Below are positions 12,996-25,890 of a DNA stretch of 64,000 nucleotides, one piece after another. A program made the translations under genes and the position numbers. This stretch comes from Kudoa neothunni (Eukaryota > Animalia > Cnidaria), in assembly GCA_964304625.1 (NCBI GenBank), contig OZ199840.1, positions 6,761,252 to 6,825,251 of the forward strand. Direction: 5' to 3'. Position 1 is the stretch's first letter. Each line of letters opens with the position of its first letter. The notes below the pieces were generated by a model. That model saw nothing but the letters and a program-made list of their open reading frames with translations. It was not told the origin of the DNA and did not search any database.

Positions 12996-14981
12996 CAGTC
13001 GAGATTGGATATTGCGTGGGTTTCTGGGACCAACAAAAACCCACGCAATAACAAATTTTTACGCAATATCCAAACCTTTGCGTGCGCATTATACTATAAA
13101 ATACGATTTTTTCGTGTTTACGTCCGATGCCAATTAGTGAAAATCAATTATATATATATAAATATATTATTTAATTAAATGAAATGTGATTTATCAAATT
13201 TTGTCGAAAAAGCTTGTAATTTTAGTTTGTCGGAATCTTTCTCTTGATATTTTTAAAACTCGGTCCATTATGGGATGTAAATCAAACGATCCCGTCGGAT
13301 CCTCTTTAATAAAAGCTTCCCTCAGAACGTTCACTGCATTTTTCATTTGATTAATTGAAATTTTGATGTCTTCAATGATTGATTCGCTATCGTCAGATTC
13401 GTCACTTATGGGCAATAAGTAATAAGTCCTCATTATTTTCTTCCTCACATGCTGCTTCATAATCGTCATCAAACATATTTTCTGAATCTTCGATTTCATC
13501 TAGAAAAAATTAATTACGTATACGTTAAATATTACCTTGAGAACAGTTGCTGATTTGAGGTATCTCACTCACACCTTCTTGGTCTATAAACTGATAATAA
13601 CTTTATTGTCGTAATTTTATTTAATACCTCCAAATATTTTTGATTTTTTAAAGCAATTAATAATAATTTTCGGCGGAATACTGTCCCAACATTTAGTTAA
13701 TGTTATCATTGAGTCAAGCAATGTATATTTTGTTATGATAGAATCTTCGCATAAAACCATTCGCTCGGTCATTGAACTTTTGTACCTGCTTTTAAGGCAG
13801 CGAATGATGCCTAAATCAAGGGGTTGTAAAATATTAGTTGTATTTTTAGGTAAGAACAAAAATTTGATATTTTCAAAGCAATCAATATTTTTTGGATAGC
13901 CTGGACATTGGTCCAACAAAATTAAGACTTTTCTATTCTGATTTATCATCCTTCGGTTAAACTTTTTCATTATTTCTATAAATATACTAGAAGTCATCCA
14001 TGCACTTTTTTGTGCATAATATTCACATGGGAGGTGTTTGACTCTTTTAAAACATCTAGGATTTTGAAATTTCCCGATAATAACTAATGGGAACTTATCC
14101 CCATTTAAAGCTGAGGACAGTAAAACAGTCACCCTTTTTTTGGATAATTTTTTCCCCTTAATCCCGACTTCCTCCTCTAAAACGTAACTACTATTTTGTA
14201 ACTGCTCATAATATAGAGCAGTTTCGTCGATGTTAATAACGTCTTTTGGATTATATGCTCTGATCAAATCAATGTTCTCAATAATCCATGAGTCGACAGA
14301 TGCAACATCTGCACTCGCAGCCTCGCCATGGAACTTTTTGAAAACTATCCCATATCTTGACTTGAACCCTGCAAGCCATCCCTTGCTGGCTTTAGAATTG
14401 GAAACTTTGTTTTCATTTGCAATATAAGAAGCCTTTTTGATAATGGCATCTCCTGACAGAACGTTACCATTCGACCGTTGTTTAACAAACCAATCATACA
14501 CTTCATCGTCTATATTTTTGAATCTGCCTGCCGAATGTCTCTTCCTTTTACTTTCAATATCTGTATTTTTGAATTTATCTTCGTGCGAAAGAATTCTATC
14601 AAGTGTTGAATGACCTTAACTGTGATTTTACAATACTATTCAATAGAAGACTACTATACCACTCAATTTAAACTTGGAAATTGTCATTGATTTCGCACCC
14701 TTCAACGTTTTTATTGAATTGTAGTAATGGATGATTTCCATTTTCTCTGAAATATTGCGTTGTTCACGGGACATAATGAAAAAACACTATCTGAATTAAA
14801 CCAATTGACCACAAAAAACCACGCAATAACGAGACTTTTTGTATTAATAAATTTTTTTAAATTTTTTGTTAACAAATATTTTTACATTACAATAAGATAA
14901 TAACAATTTGAAAAAACTAAATTTCTCTCTTTAAAGGATAACTTTGAAAATCTCTAATTACGCAATATCCAATCTCGACTG
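12996..14981 (-). mobile_element. pogo/Tigger transposon A, full length (1986 bp), TA TSD
   Basis: Perfect 22-bp TIR cagtcgagattggatattgcgt; TA at 12994-12995 and 14982-14983. Confidence 0.95.
13194..14774 (-). CDS. pogo DD31D transposase, 4 exons (14774-14660, 14614-13628, 13583-13536, 13499-13194); C-terminal tail frameshifted by a 7-bp duplication
   Basis: CENP-B HTH (ASKGWLAGFKSR), NIDET, LLDQC, QPLD; introns of 45, 44 and 36 nt, all GT-AG; removing one AATAAGT copy (13414-13427) gives 482 aa ending QTKITSFF. Confidence 0.85.
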
Positions 14982-15679
14982 TATGTTTAAATCAAAAAGT
15001 AAAAGAATTTTAAACTGTTTCTAAATAAAATGGGAATTACACGTGAATCCAAATATGCTCGACTTAGGATTTTAAAATTATTTTTTATGATGAAAAAATT
15101 TTGAAAGAGAAATCAATTAGTAGGATAAATTGTAGGGAACGACTTTGTTCCGATAGTACGTCGGTGCCGCATTAAGTTCGTATACAGCTACTGCAGTTAG
15201 TCCGAAATTGGATTTTAATTAACTTACCTTAAATAATTAGACGCATTAACTTTATTTAATATTTTTAAAAATGAATAAGCACTACTGAGCGTTTAAAATT
15301 TCCTCTTTAGAGCTCCTAAAATCGATTTTCTCATTGTTGTTCAAAGTAATCTCTAAATCATATCATATGAATTGGACTAATCTTGTTAAACATCAACAAA
15401 TAAATTTCATATTAATGCTAGGCTACATTACCTAATGTTACCTTCCTTGTTTGAACTAATTCAATTATTAAATTATTTTCCAATAATTTTAAAGTAAAAT
15501 AAACACTATGGTACGTTTGAAATTAATTTTTTAAAACTTTAACGAAATGATCTTATTTATGTTCAAATAAATCCTCAAATCATACCACGTGAAATTGTTT
15601 TTATTGTCATTTTGTAGTATGAAAATCTTTTATAAGTTTTTAAGTATTTTTCTGTGTTAAAATAAAATTTTATCTTTCC

Positions 15680-15779
15680 ATATGTGTGTGCGAATGGAAC
15701 GATATGTCTCTCTATAAAGAATAAAAAATCCGTACACACACATGGATTTCCTGTTTGCTTTATATATATATATATAGAT
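15680..15779 (-). repeat. Helitron-like 5' terminus with (TA)n
   Basis: Minus strand atctatatatatatatataaag...tgtgtgtgt resembles the TC-starting 5' ends of invertebrate non-autonomous Helitrons; no 3' CTAG/hairpin located. Confidence 0.35.
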
Positions 15780-16961
15780 TGAGAAACTACGTTTTGTAAG
15801 CTTCTAATGTAGGGCTTCCCGATTCATTTTAGTTTCCGGACCCCCTACCATTTTCGAGGACAATTCTGCACCCTTTCTTAAAAAACAGATTTAAAATTGA
15901 TTTATTTGTTGGTAGGGAAAATATTTTTATTATAATAACAATAAAAAGAAAATATCGCCTATTTTAACAAGAAAACATATGTGAATAAAATAAATAAAGC
16001 TGATAATAAATTAAATGGTTTGAATTTTTTTTCTTGTCTTATTGAGACAATAATTGGGTCAAAATGGGACTGTTCACCTGGTAAAGTTGACTAAATCATA
16101 ATTTGTTAAGGTACAAGATATGTTAATATTTTTAAGAAAAATAACAGGTGTGAATAGTTGAGCTTACGCGAAAATTTTGATTTTGTTGTTTAATTAAGAA
16201 TTTACAAATTTAATGAGGAAATTAAGTATGTGACCCAATCTCGAATGCATAGTTGTAATTTATAGAATTTTTGAGTGGAAATTGACTTTAATTTAAAGTA
16301 TAAAAATTTAAAATAATTTAACAAAATCTAAATAACGTAACCTTGAGACTAATTAAAATTTAATTCTTACTTGCCATATAGTTTAAATAAAAACAATACA
16401 ATTTTTACTAATTCATCCATTTTAAAACTTTTTGTATATCGTTTATCTTTCCCATTAAAAAATAAATATTTCATAATTTTTTATGCTGTTCTATTTAAAA
16501 TTTAAACTAAATAATTTATTCACGAATGAAAGAGGAATAAGTTATCATTTTTATTTCATATATTAATAAATAGTAAATAGTATATTGAAAGTATAAATTA
16601 ATCTTCAGCAAAATTCATCAAATGACTATTTATTTAACAGACCATGAATTTCATATTTATTTAAATTCTTTCAAACCGTTTAAATTAAGAAATCCATGTT
16701 GAGTAAAAATCGTATAAGACATGGTTATCGCGAACACTCATTATTTAGCAAGAATAAAGAAAACATACGAAACATTTATTATCTTTGCAGTTCGAAGCAC
16801 TACATTTCAGTTGTCACAAACTTTATTTCATGTTCCATCATCTAATGATTAAAACAGTCTTCATTTAAATTTTTGTATTTTATTACTTAAAGCCTAACTT
16901 TTAAATAGTTAACATAGAAATGTTATAAATCTATGAACTCCAGTAATTTACCCATAAAATA

Positions 16962-17160
16962 CAGTCAGTGACCGGTTTTACGCACTTTTTAAAAAGAAAT
17001 AAAATTTGAATAATCGAATGTACAATCAATGTATAATTTTTTTAAATGTTTTTATCAAAGAACTTGGATCTAAATAATATAATAAGGCCGAGAAATTTCC
17101 AGATCATTAATCATGTGACTACGTGACTGTTCGGTTTTACGCACTTTTTTTGGAACGTTT
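16962..17160 (+). mobile_element. Solo pogo end of the same family as 21750-23776
   Basis: TA|cagtcagtgaccggttttacgcactttt plus subterminal repeat cggttttacgcacttt at about 17132. Confidence 0.75.
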
Positions 17161-17636
17161 TTGAAAAAAATAGATGAATTTTGTTTAATTTTCAAAAGAA
17201 TTAAATTAAAACAAATAAAATAAAATCAAAATATGAAATAATAAAATACGCCCACGATATCTTCCCCAAAGCTGCCAAATTTGTTACTATGAGATAATGT
17301 CTATTTGTACAACAAATGTGTATGCGCGAAAGATTAAACGATTAATTATTGTTGGTATTATTTCTCGTCTTATTCATTAGTTATAATAAAAGTAAAATAA
17401 GTCTAATACAATAAAACATTTTTTATATACATATTAGGGTGTTATGGGTCAGCCTTTCTATTTTGCTAAAATTTGTTATATTAAGTAGTGTTCATTATCC
17501 AATACATTTTATAAAAACAACCAAATTTAACGCATTAGCTTCACGCGCAAGATGAATTCTGAAGAACACGAATTGTTTAAAAATAACTTTTACTCATATT
17601 ATGATATGAAAGAATCTCTTGATGATTTCATTAAGG

Positions 17637-20378
17637 CAGTGTTTCCCAACCTTTTTTTGCCTCGCCCCACTTTCCGTTTAAAAAAATCGCGGCGCTCCAC
17701 CACACTAAAATCCATGTAATATTAATGAAAATGTAGCTTTTAAACGGGTTTTTGATAGGGTATCAATATGGATATTTGAAACGAATAGACTTAAATATTG
17801 AAAAACAACGAATACATTTGAATACTATGATATTTTTGAAAAACTTCGATATAATAATTATTTTTACACTTCACTGTTAGAAAATTTTCTAATATATTAT
17901 TAGATTTTATTAAATATTAAACGTACTTTTAAATAGACTTATACTAAGTGTATTCTTTATCATAAATTTCGAAATGCGTATAAAAGAGAAGTATCACAAC
18001 CACTACTAAACAATATTAATTATACGTTGAGTCATTACGAACTGACTAACAAAACTATACCTACGAGAAAAATACATAAAACTAAAATATTTATTAAATA
18101 ATCTCTAAGCCAAAGTTTGAATATATTTGTTTAATGAGATCCCTGTCCTTGACGTAGACGGCACAAGCCCTCTATTCGCCGAGAAAGTTTTGATAAGGCC
18201 AGACGTAAATCTCCTCTTTTTGTAATATCAAGGCGGTTTCTTCTGGTACTTAACAAATTTCCGACTGCACTGAATCCACATTCTACAAGATACGATGAAG
18301 GAAAAGGGATTAACATTTCTTTAGCTGCGTAGAAAGTAATTGGGTATTTCTTTTCAACATCCGCTGAAAGCCACATATCTATTCCTTTTATTCTATATAA
18401 CGCACCCATACATTCGTCATGCTGTATTTCAAGCAATTCTTGCTGATATTGAAACTCAGCCTCGGAAACATCATTCCTTTCAAGTCGAAAAATCTGTTGT
18501 TAAAATCCATTATTAACGTACTTAAATGGGCTGTAATTATTTTTAGGGCATAGCAAGATACTTCACATTTATTTAACCAACAAAAATGACTAAAAATACG
18601 CTGAGATGCATTTTTGTAGCAAAGTTCGAGAAACGAAATGAATCTAAAAATTTTCGCTTTTGCGTCGACAAGAGTTACATTTGCTCCTTGGAGTTTAGAA
18701 TTTAAAATGCAGTCTCTCAAAGATGTCGGCTAAATAACTAACAAAGGCCTTTCCCACCGCTTGTAGTAAGATAGTTCATTTCAGGTTTGCCGTCTAAGAA
18801 TTCACTTACCTGATCAAACAACTCTATGAACCTCTTAAGGCAATTTCCATTCGACAACCACCTAATTTCAGTATATAGCAATAAACGAATGTGATCGGCA
18901 TTATGATCTTTGCAAAATTCCTTGAATAATCTTTCAGCTTTGGGATTTGTTTTAATAGAGTTAACACATTTGATCACATTCTGTAATATTTCATTAAGAG
19001 GAGGAGACAATTTGTTTGCCACTAGATTTTCTCGATATATTACGCAATGGACTATTATTAACTTCGAATTTTCATCTTTAAGAAGCTTTGAACATCCATT
19101 TTTTGTTCCCATCATAGCAGGAGCACCGTCAGAGCAGCACATGACAACAAATTGGCAATCGGTATTTTATTTGACACAAAATAATTTTTCACCACAGTAT
19201 AGATATCTTTTGCTGTTGTCGTTGTATCCAATGATTTACAAAAAAACATTTCTTCACAAAATTGTTCTTTGTCAATACATCTTACATAAGCCAGTAGAAG
19301 AGCTTCGCTGTCTCGAATTGTGGATTCATCCAACTGTAATGAAAACTTCTTTGTTTGTAGATTTTCAATAAGTTGAGCTTCGACGTCTTTAGACATCTCA
19401 TCAATTCGACCAGAAACTATTATTACTAAGAGGCAAAGCCTTAACTTCAGTATCAATTTTTTGTTGGGCGGTCTTTAAAAAAATTGAAATAGCTGGTTTT
19501 ATCAAATTTTCACCAATTGTGTGATTCTTTCCGTTTTTTGAAATAAGCAGCGAGATTTCGTAGCTCGCTTCCAAAGTACGCTTATTTAATCCAAATTGGG
19601 AATCAAACATGGATGAAACTTTTTGTCTATTTTCAAACTGCTCTTTAAGTGACACAAAATATTTCAACCCTGAACAAACATTATTGGGATGTTTTGCTTT
19701 TAAATGCGCGTCTAGTCTGCCAGCCTTCATGGACTCATTACTCAAGACCTGACGACATATTAAACAAAAAGGTCTGCTTTCATCAAGGCTATATGCTATA
19801 TGGTATAAAACCAAAACTCGAAAATTCTGAAGAATAACGGCGGGTTTTCCTCTTTCCATCGTTATCCACTGGTAAAAAATAGATTTGAGCTTCGCGAAAT
19901 AAAGAGCAAACAAGTGTTCACAATTCGATGATACACGAATGTTCAATCGGTAGACACTTGAATAAATCTGAGTCGGTGCAGATTCAATCGAATCGAAGTT
20001 TTGAAATTCATAATTATCAAATTCTATTTATCTTTAGTCAAAAGGGGGCCATAATCAATCGTAATATGAAATTCTTTTCGGGATTAATATATTTGACGAC
20101 ACTTTTAGTCTTAATATTCTAATTGAGAACAGAAATAATATTTTATTCAATTTATGAACTGAATAATTCAAGTGCTAACGATCATTCGAATAATTCCTTA
20201 TTCAAATTTTAAAAGAAATATAAAGAAAGCCAAATTATAAATATTCTATAAACGCTTGTTCCCCATTAATAATTGCTTCCCCTAGTGGCGTCCATTATGC
20301 CTTCAAAATTTTCTGCGCCCCACCAAAATTTCCCCATGACCCACCGGTGGGGCGTACGCTCCACATTGGGAAGCACTG
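17637..20378 (-). mobile_element. hAT Buster/Charlie-type (SCAND3/ZBED5-like) transposon, fragmented transposase about 19860-18131
   Basis: TIRs cagtgtttcccaa / cagtgcttcccaa; BED-like CLIC..LSNESMK..L..HL..KHP; FSLQLDEST, SDGAPAM, HCVIYRE, EIRWLS, PFPSSYLVECGFS, C-terminal QGSH. Confidence 0.9.
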
Positions 20379-21749
20379 ATATAGAGTAAGGAATTCCCTA
20401 GGTTTTTCCACACTAGATGATATGTGAAACAAGCTTATCGACTTCATTATGTACAAATAATAAGTATCGGAATTCATTAAACCCAAAAACGATTTTCATG
20501 TTTCATATTCCAACAAAATTTCTTGCTTTGAATTACTTATGAAAACCGAGCTAGAGGCAGGAGAACCACCAGATCAAATAATACTAATAACAATTGATTT
20601 TCGAATTAGTCTTTTTTATTGAACTATACGAGTCGGATATTTTTATTTGGCTCATTTAATTTTCATCCTTAAATACAGAATTTATTTAAGCGACCATACT
20701 TTGTATAGTTTAGTATTACGTTTATATTTATTTTTACGTCTACTAATATTTTGGAATAATTATAATAACAATAATTTATTAGAATTATTTATTACTTTAT
20801 ATAAAAATGGTATATATAAGCAGGAATGAATAATAGCTCCAATCATTGAGTGTTAATTCATGTGGAGTGAAAAGATAATGTTCATCCTGTTTTCAATTAT
20901 ACATAGCAAATTGAGTTAAAAAACATTTTGGTTTTAATTTATTTTAGAAGTAAATGGAGAAATTTTGGAGTTCAAATATAAATTAAAATAACACAAACAT
21001 GATTTTAAGACATTTTTTATTGGTATTATTATTTTCGCATTTAAATAAAAAGAATAATTGAGTCTTGGCATTCACATAGAGGAGGGGGTGTGAAATGAGC
21101 GCGGAAATTAGGATGGGGGTACGGATGTAAAATTTGTAGGGAAACAATGAATTAGACTATCGGAAAAACCCAAGATTCGGTGAAAAAACCAAAGATCGCA
21201 ATGAAAAGATAATAGAATTATTAAAAATTACAAAAGTTTTCATTTTAAACGCGTTTTCTAATTATTGTCGTCAATTGAATCGTCTTCATCTTCACAACCC
21301 TCAGTTAGGAAGGTTGTTCTATTTTTCAAATGCTCAAAGTTTCGTTGGCCCACAGCACCGCAGCTCACATCATATATTAGTTTATTTGTTGGTTGCGACG
21401 TCAAACACGTTATTATTTTTTCTTCTGATCAACTTCTTTGTGATAAATTCACATTTTACAATTTTAGCCTTTAGTGAGTTAGTTGTTTTAGTTTTTACTG
21501 TATTCATTAATGAATAAATTCGTTCAACAATTGCAGTAGCTGAAATTTCAGTCCCTTAGCATATTGATCAAGCCCATATTTAAAATCTACTTTCGACAAA
21601 TCTTGATTGTAGCGCATATTTTCCCACGCCCTTTTTTGAGCTCCGTTTGAAATTTCACGCATACTTAAAATAATATACGTCAATAACTTCAAAATATGTT
21701 ATTAAAAAAACTAGCAAATTTTAAGGGACGGCGTTGAAATATCCAAATA

Positions 21750-23776
21750 CAGTCAGTGACCGGTTTTACGTACTTTTAAATATCGCACTTATTTTACAAG
21801 TTATATCATGAACAAATAAATAATATATTTACTAACACATTTATTTATAGAATTTAAATGAAAAAACTTTATATGCACCTAAATTTTGCAATCAAAAATG
21901 TCACGTGATTTGCCAATTTTACGCACCTTTTCTGACCAAAATTGGTTTATAGTTTTCATAAAAGTGACGTAAATGGCTAATAAAAATAAATCTAAGAATA
22001 GAACAATTGAAGAGAAATATAAAAATTATTAAATATTTTCATGGAATCAACCTTAAGAGGTGCGAAGGTTGCTACTATAAAACATTTTAATATATCAACA
22101 ATATCCACTCTTAATGGTATTTTAAAAAAATGAAGAGAAAATTATATAAATGTTTGAGGGGGGATTGGTTTGTAAAAATAGGAAAAATCTAAATGATGGC
22201 ACCAATATTTCCCCTCGATGAAATGTGTCTATAATTGGATATGCTGGGTGCGATCAAAGAAAATTGAATTAACTGCCACCGACATCATTGATAAGAGAAA
22301 CGAAATTGCCAGAGAAAAGAATTTACCATCAAATGCAACATACGGTTGGTTTCGATGTTTTAAATCGAGATTTAATCTCAAAAAAATAAATTTCCATGGC
22401 GAAGCGGCTGACATTGACCCATGTACAAGTTCTGAATGGCTTTCTCAACTTAAAAAACTTATGTGAAGGATATAGTGATGATTGTATCTATAATATAGAT
22501 GAAACCGCGTTGTTTTATCAACAACAACGAGGTATATTTTTCCATTTGTCATACTTGCATATTTTATATAGGTAAAAGTTATGTAAGCTCCATAGAAAGT
22601 CATACAAAGGGAACAAGAAAGTCTAAAAAACGAATGACTGTTTTGTTCGGTGCATCGCTAAGCGGAGAAAAACTTGAACCTTTGGTTATTGGACCTAGTC
22701 GAAAGCCCAGATGCTTTAAAAATATAAATAGCCTTCCAGTTTTATATGAATCCAACAAGAAGTCTTGGATGACTAGTGAAATCTTCCTAAGATATCTAAC
22801 TAAAATCAATTCTATTTTCACGAAAAAAAATAAAAATGTTCTAATTTTTTTAGATAATGCAACCTCTCACCAAAAAACACTATTCAGTAACATAAAGCTG
22901 ATCTTTTTACCCAAAAATACCACTAGTTTATTGCAACCCCTAGATCAAGGGATTATTCACTCATTCAAATGTGCATATAAGAGGAAAATGATCAAAAAAT
23001 ATATTTCATGTATTGAGGTGGGATTAGAACCAACTCCACCAACCATTTTAGATGCGATGATGTTGATTAAACAAGCGTGGGAATGTGCAAGCGTATCCAC
23101 CATCATAAATTGCTTTCAAAAAGCTGGGTTTTCATCTCGACAACCGGTCCCTGTCAAAGCTAACAGCATTTTGATATCACCCGACAAAGAGTTTATTGAA
23201 ATATGTGACATAACTCATCCAAATATATTACAAGAAGAAATTGAGGATATGATTGCCGACGAAGCTTCAATAAAGAATATCAATATGGTCCAAACTCTAT
23301 ATTCTGAAAAATTCGATGAGTCTTCAGCTTTAGGTGATAAATTTTCGAGTTTATATATATTAACTTTATGTAGAGAGTGATGATTATAGTGATGATGAAG
23401 CGAATTGTGAAAAAATTGATATTTTGGAAAGAAATTTAATATCATGTCAGAAGGCTTTGATTTATTTGAAGGAGTTAAAATTATTCTACAAATTTCATAA
23501 AGATGATCGATCGGCCATCTTAGCTTCGTTAGAAGAAGATACAATCAACATAATTTCAAGGAACCTTACTCAATCAAAAATAACTGATTACTTCCATTTA
23601 AAAAAGGATTAAACGCTATACTATCCCAAATTGGCGCATTCTAATTACGTTATTTAATAAACAATTGAATATTTTCATTCTGGCCCGCGCATAAAAGTAC
23701 CTAAAACCGGGCGTGACCAATTTTACGCACTTTTTCCGTGGTCCCGAGGGGATTACGTAAAACCGGTCAATGACTG
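21750..23776 (+). mobile_element. pogo/Tigger transposon B, full length, TA TSD, frameshifted DD29D transposase with 2 introns
   Basis: TIR cagtcagtgaccggttttacgta (1 mismatch); NIDET, LDNATSH, QPLDQG; introns 22532-22571 and 23334-23373 (40 nt each); C-terminus QSKITDYF. Confidence 0.93.
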
Positions 23777-24086
23777 TACAATCACAGCATAATAGGAACA
23801 ATTGAGTAAATCACAATTATCTAGAGGTCGGAAAACAGCGCGCTGCCGGTGATCGTGATATCTTTTTAAAATTTCGAATAATTTTAATTCTCTCCATTAC
23901 TAAAGCAATAAATATGACTATTCTACATAATTCTAAAACTTATTGTTTATAACTGATCTCAAACAATTAAAAAATCTAAGTTTTATAAATAAACAAAAAA
24001 CCCAAGGTCTGGGCGCCCTGTGTGGTGTATGCGCCGATGACGCGCGCACACACATGAGGAGGTGCTCCGATCCTAAAGTAGTTCCC

Positions 24087-24555
24087 TTCAACAGATAATC
24101 AAAATAGGATTAAGAATGATTTATGTGTAACCCGCATTTTCTCTGAAATATTACCAAGTTTGATCACATTGGAGACATTGATTAAGATTTTAATATTTAA
24201 TAATTAAAAAAGTAACTCGAATTTCATGTATGAGAGATTCAAATCGGCTCCCGTTACTACGTGTCATCACGTGACTATGCAGGGCATGCAGAATTTAGTC
24301 TGCACACCAAGCTAATACAAAAAATAGAGATGTATGGAATCGCACTGCACGTGCCAGTTACGCGCATCTACGTGTGTTATATATAGGAGGCCAGAGGCAG
24401 CCGTGATCTGCACATACCTTACCTGAATATTTGAAAATTTTATATTTATTTTTGTTAATATGTACATTATACACTTAACTGAAAATTTCTTATCTATATT
24501 GGAAGTTGGCAAATCAGATATCGCAGGCTTTAATTTGCCAATGTTTTACATACCT
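24087..24555 (-). repeat. Second copy of the hAT 5' non-coding region seen at about 2250-2620
   Basis: Colinear similarity, e.g. ttcaacagataatcaaaatag..., cgcattttctctgaaatatt, tctatattggaagttggcaaa; carries an extra internal segment of about 95 bp. Confidence 0.8.
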
Positions 24556-25890
24556 AGCTAGACCCATGAAAATTACTCTACGTCGAGTTATTTTGGACCA
24601 TTAATGATTTTGATTTATATATTTAAACCAATACTGAGATAAATACAATCATTTTTCTATTTTCGTGTTTCATTAATACACATTTATTTTTGAATTTGTG
24701 TTATCCTATTAGTTCTCATGTTACATCCTGTAACGTGGGTCAAAAATTTTCCCACCTAACATATTCCATGGTATGCACTACATACCTTGCATGTCCGGAC
24801 GTTACGTGCCTAGCTCAGTTCTTAGTTATATTCATAACCACAACATTAAGCTTAATGTCTTAAGAATAAACACGAATTATCGAAGTCTCATAAGCCCGTA
24901 CACCCAGGATTTAAATAGATCAAAACTAATGGTAAAGGAAGAAAAATAGTTTCCACATTATTATCTTTACAGTTCTGCCCACAAATCACCTCAGAAAATG
25001 CGACCTGCCGTTCGACATTCTACAATACTCTGATGCAACCCCGAGAACACTTAAGTTTTTCCTCACTGATCATAAAAACTACTTTTCTTGATAAGTAGTA
25101 ACTTGAATTTTAATATAAATAGTATAAGTATTAGTAAAATAAACACTTCTTCGGTCGTACATCAATATTTGGAAAAATCAATATGGTCCATATATTCCTC
25201 AAAGACGAGTTAAAATTGTACACAAAAAACGCCAATTCTCGTAAAATCTGATGACCACAAAACTACAACGCTCCTTCAAATCCAGACTCATTACAATTGA
25301 ACTGATAAATACAAAAGTCTACTATCGTTGTTGGTCTCAAAATTAATATAAATTTCCACAAAAACACGCACACTCATAAAATATGTTTCGGGCGATTAAG
25401 TAGAACAGTAAAATGTAAGCAGAAAGAAAAGTCCGACTTAATACAGGCGATAAAAGAGGTTTTATTCATGAAAGACTGTATTTTCAGATTTGAGTTTCAA
25501 TCTCAGATAAATTTCAACAACTTAAAACAAATCCTACGTAGCATAAAGTGTCCTAATTCTGATATAAGAATAATTGAATAAAAATGACACACGGTCAAAC
25601 GCTGTTTCTGCAATTAAATTTATTGAAAGCATGAGGAAAACGCTTCCTCACTTATAAAACTTTGCAACTCTGTATATTTTATTTTAATATATAAGTAGAT
25701 TTATATAAATCCCCTCGCCGAAATCTTAAAGCCACCTATGCAACAGAAATCTACGTAACAAGTTGTTTCTGTATAGTCTGCAATGCATTAGATATATGAA
25801 TCAGATCATCAGTAAATAAGCAAAATTGTCATTCTCAGTGTTTATACGTATGTGCATATATTAGATATGCAGAAGGGGGATGTTTATTAT

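Noticed and set aside
21265-21692. Short ORFs as genes, along with the many antisense ORFs overlapping transposases and host exons
   Set aside because: No recognisable motifs; shadow ORFs or decayed TE sequence
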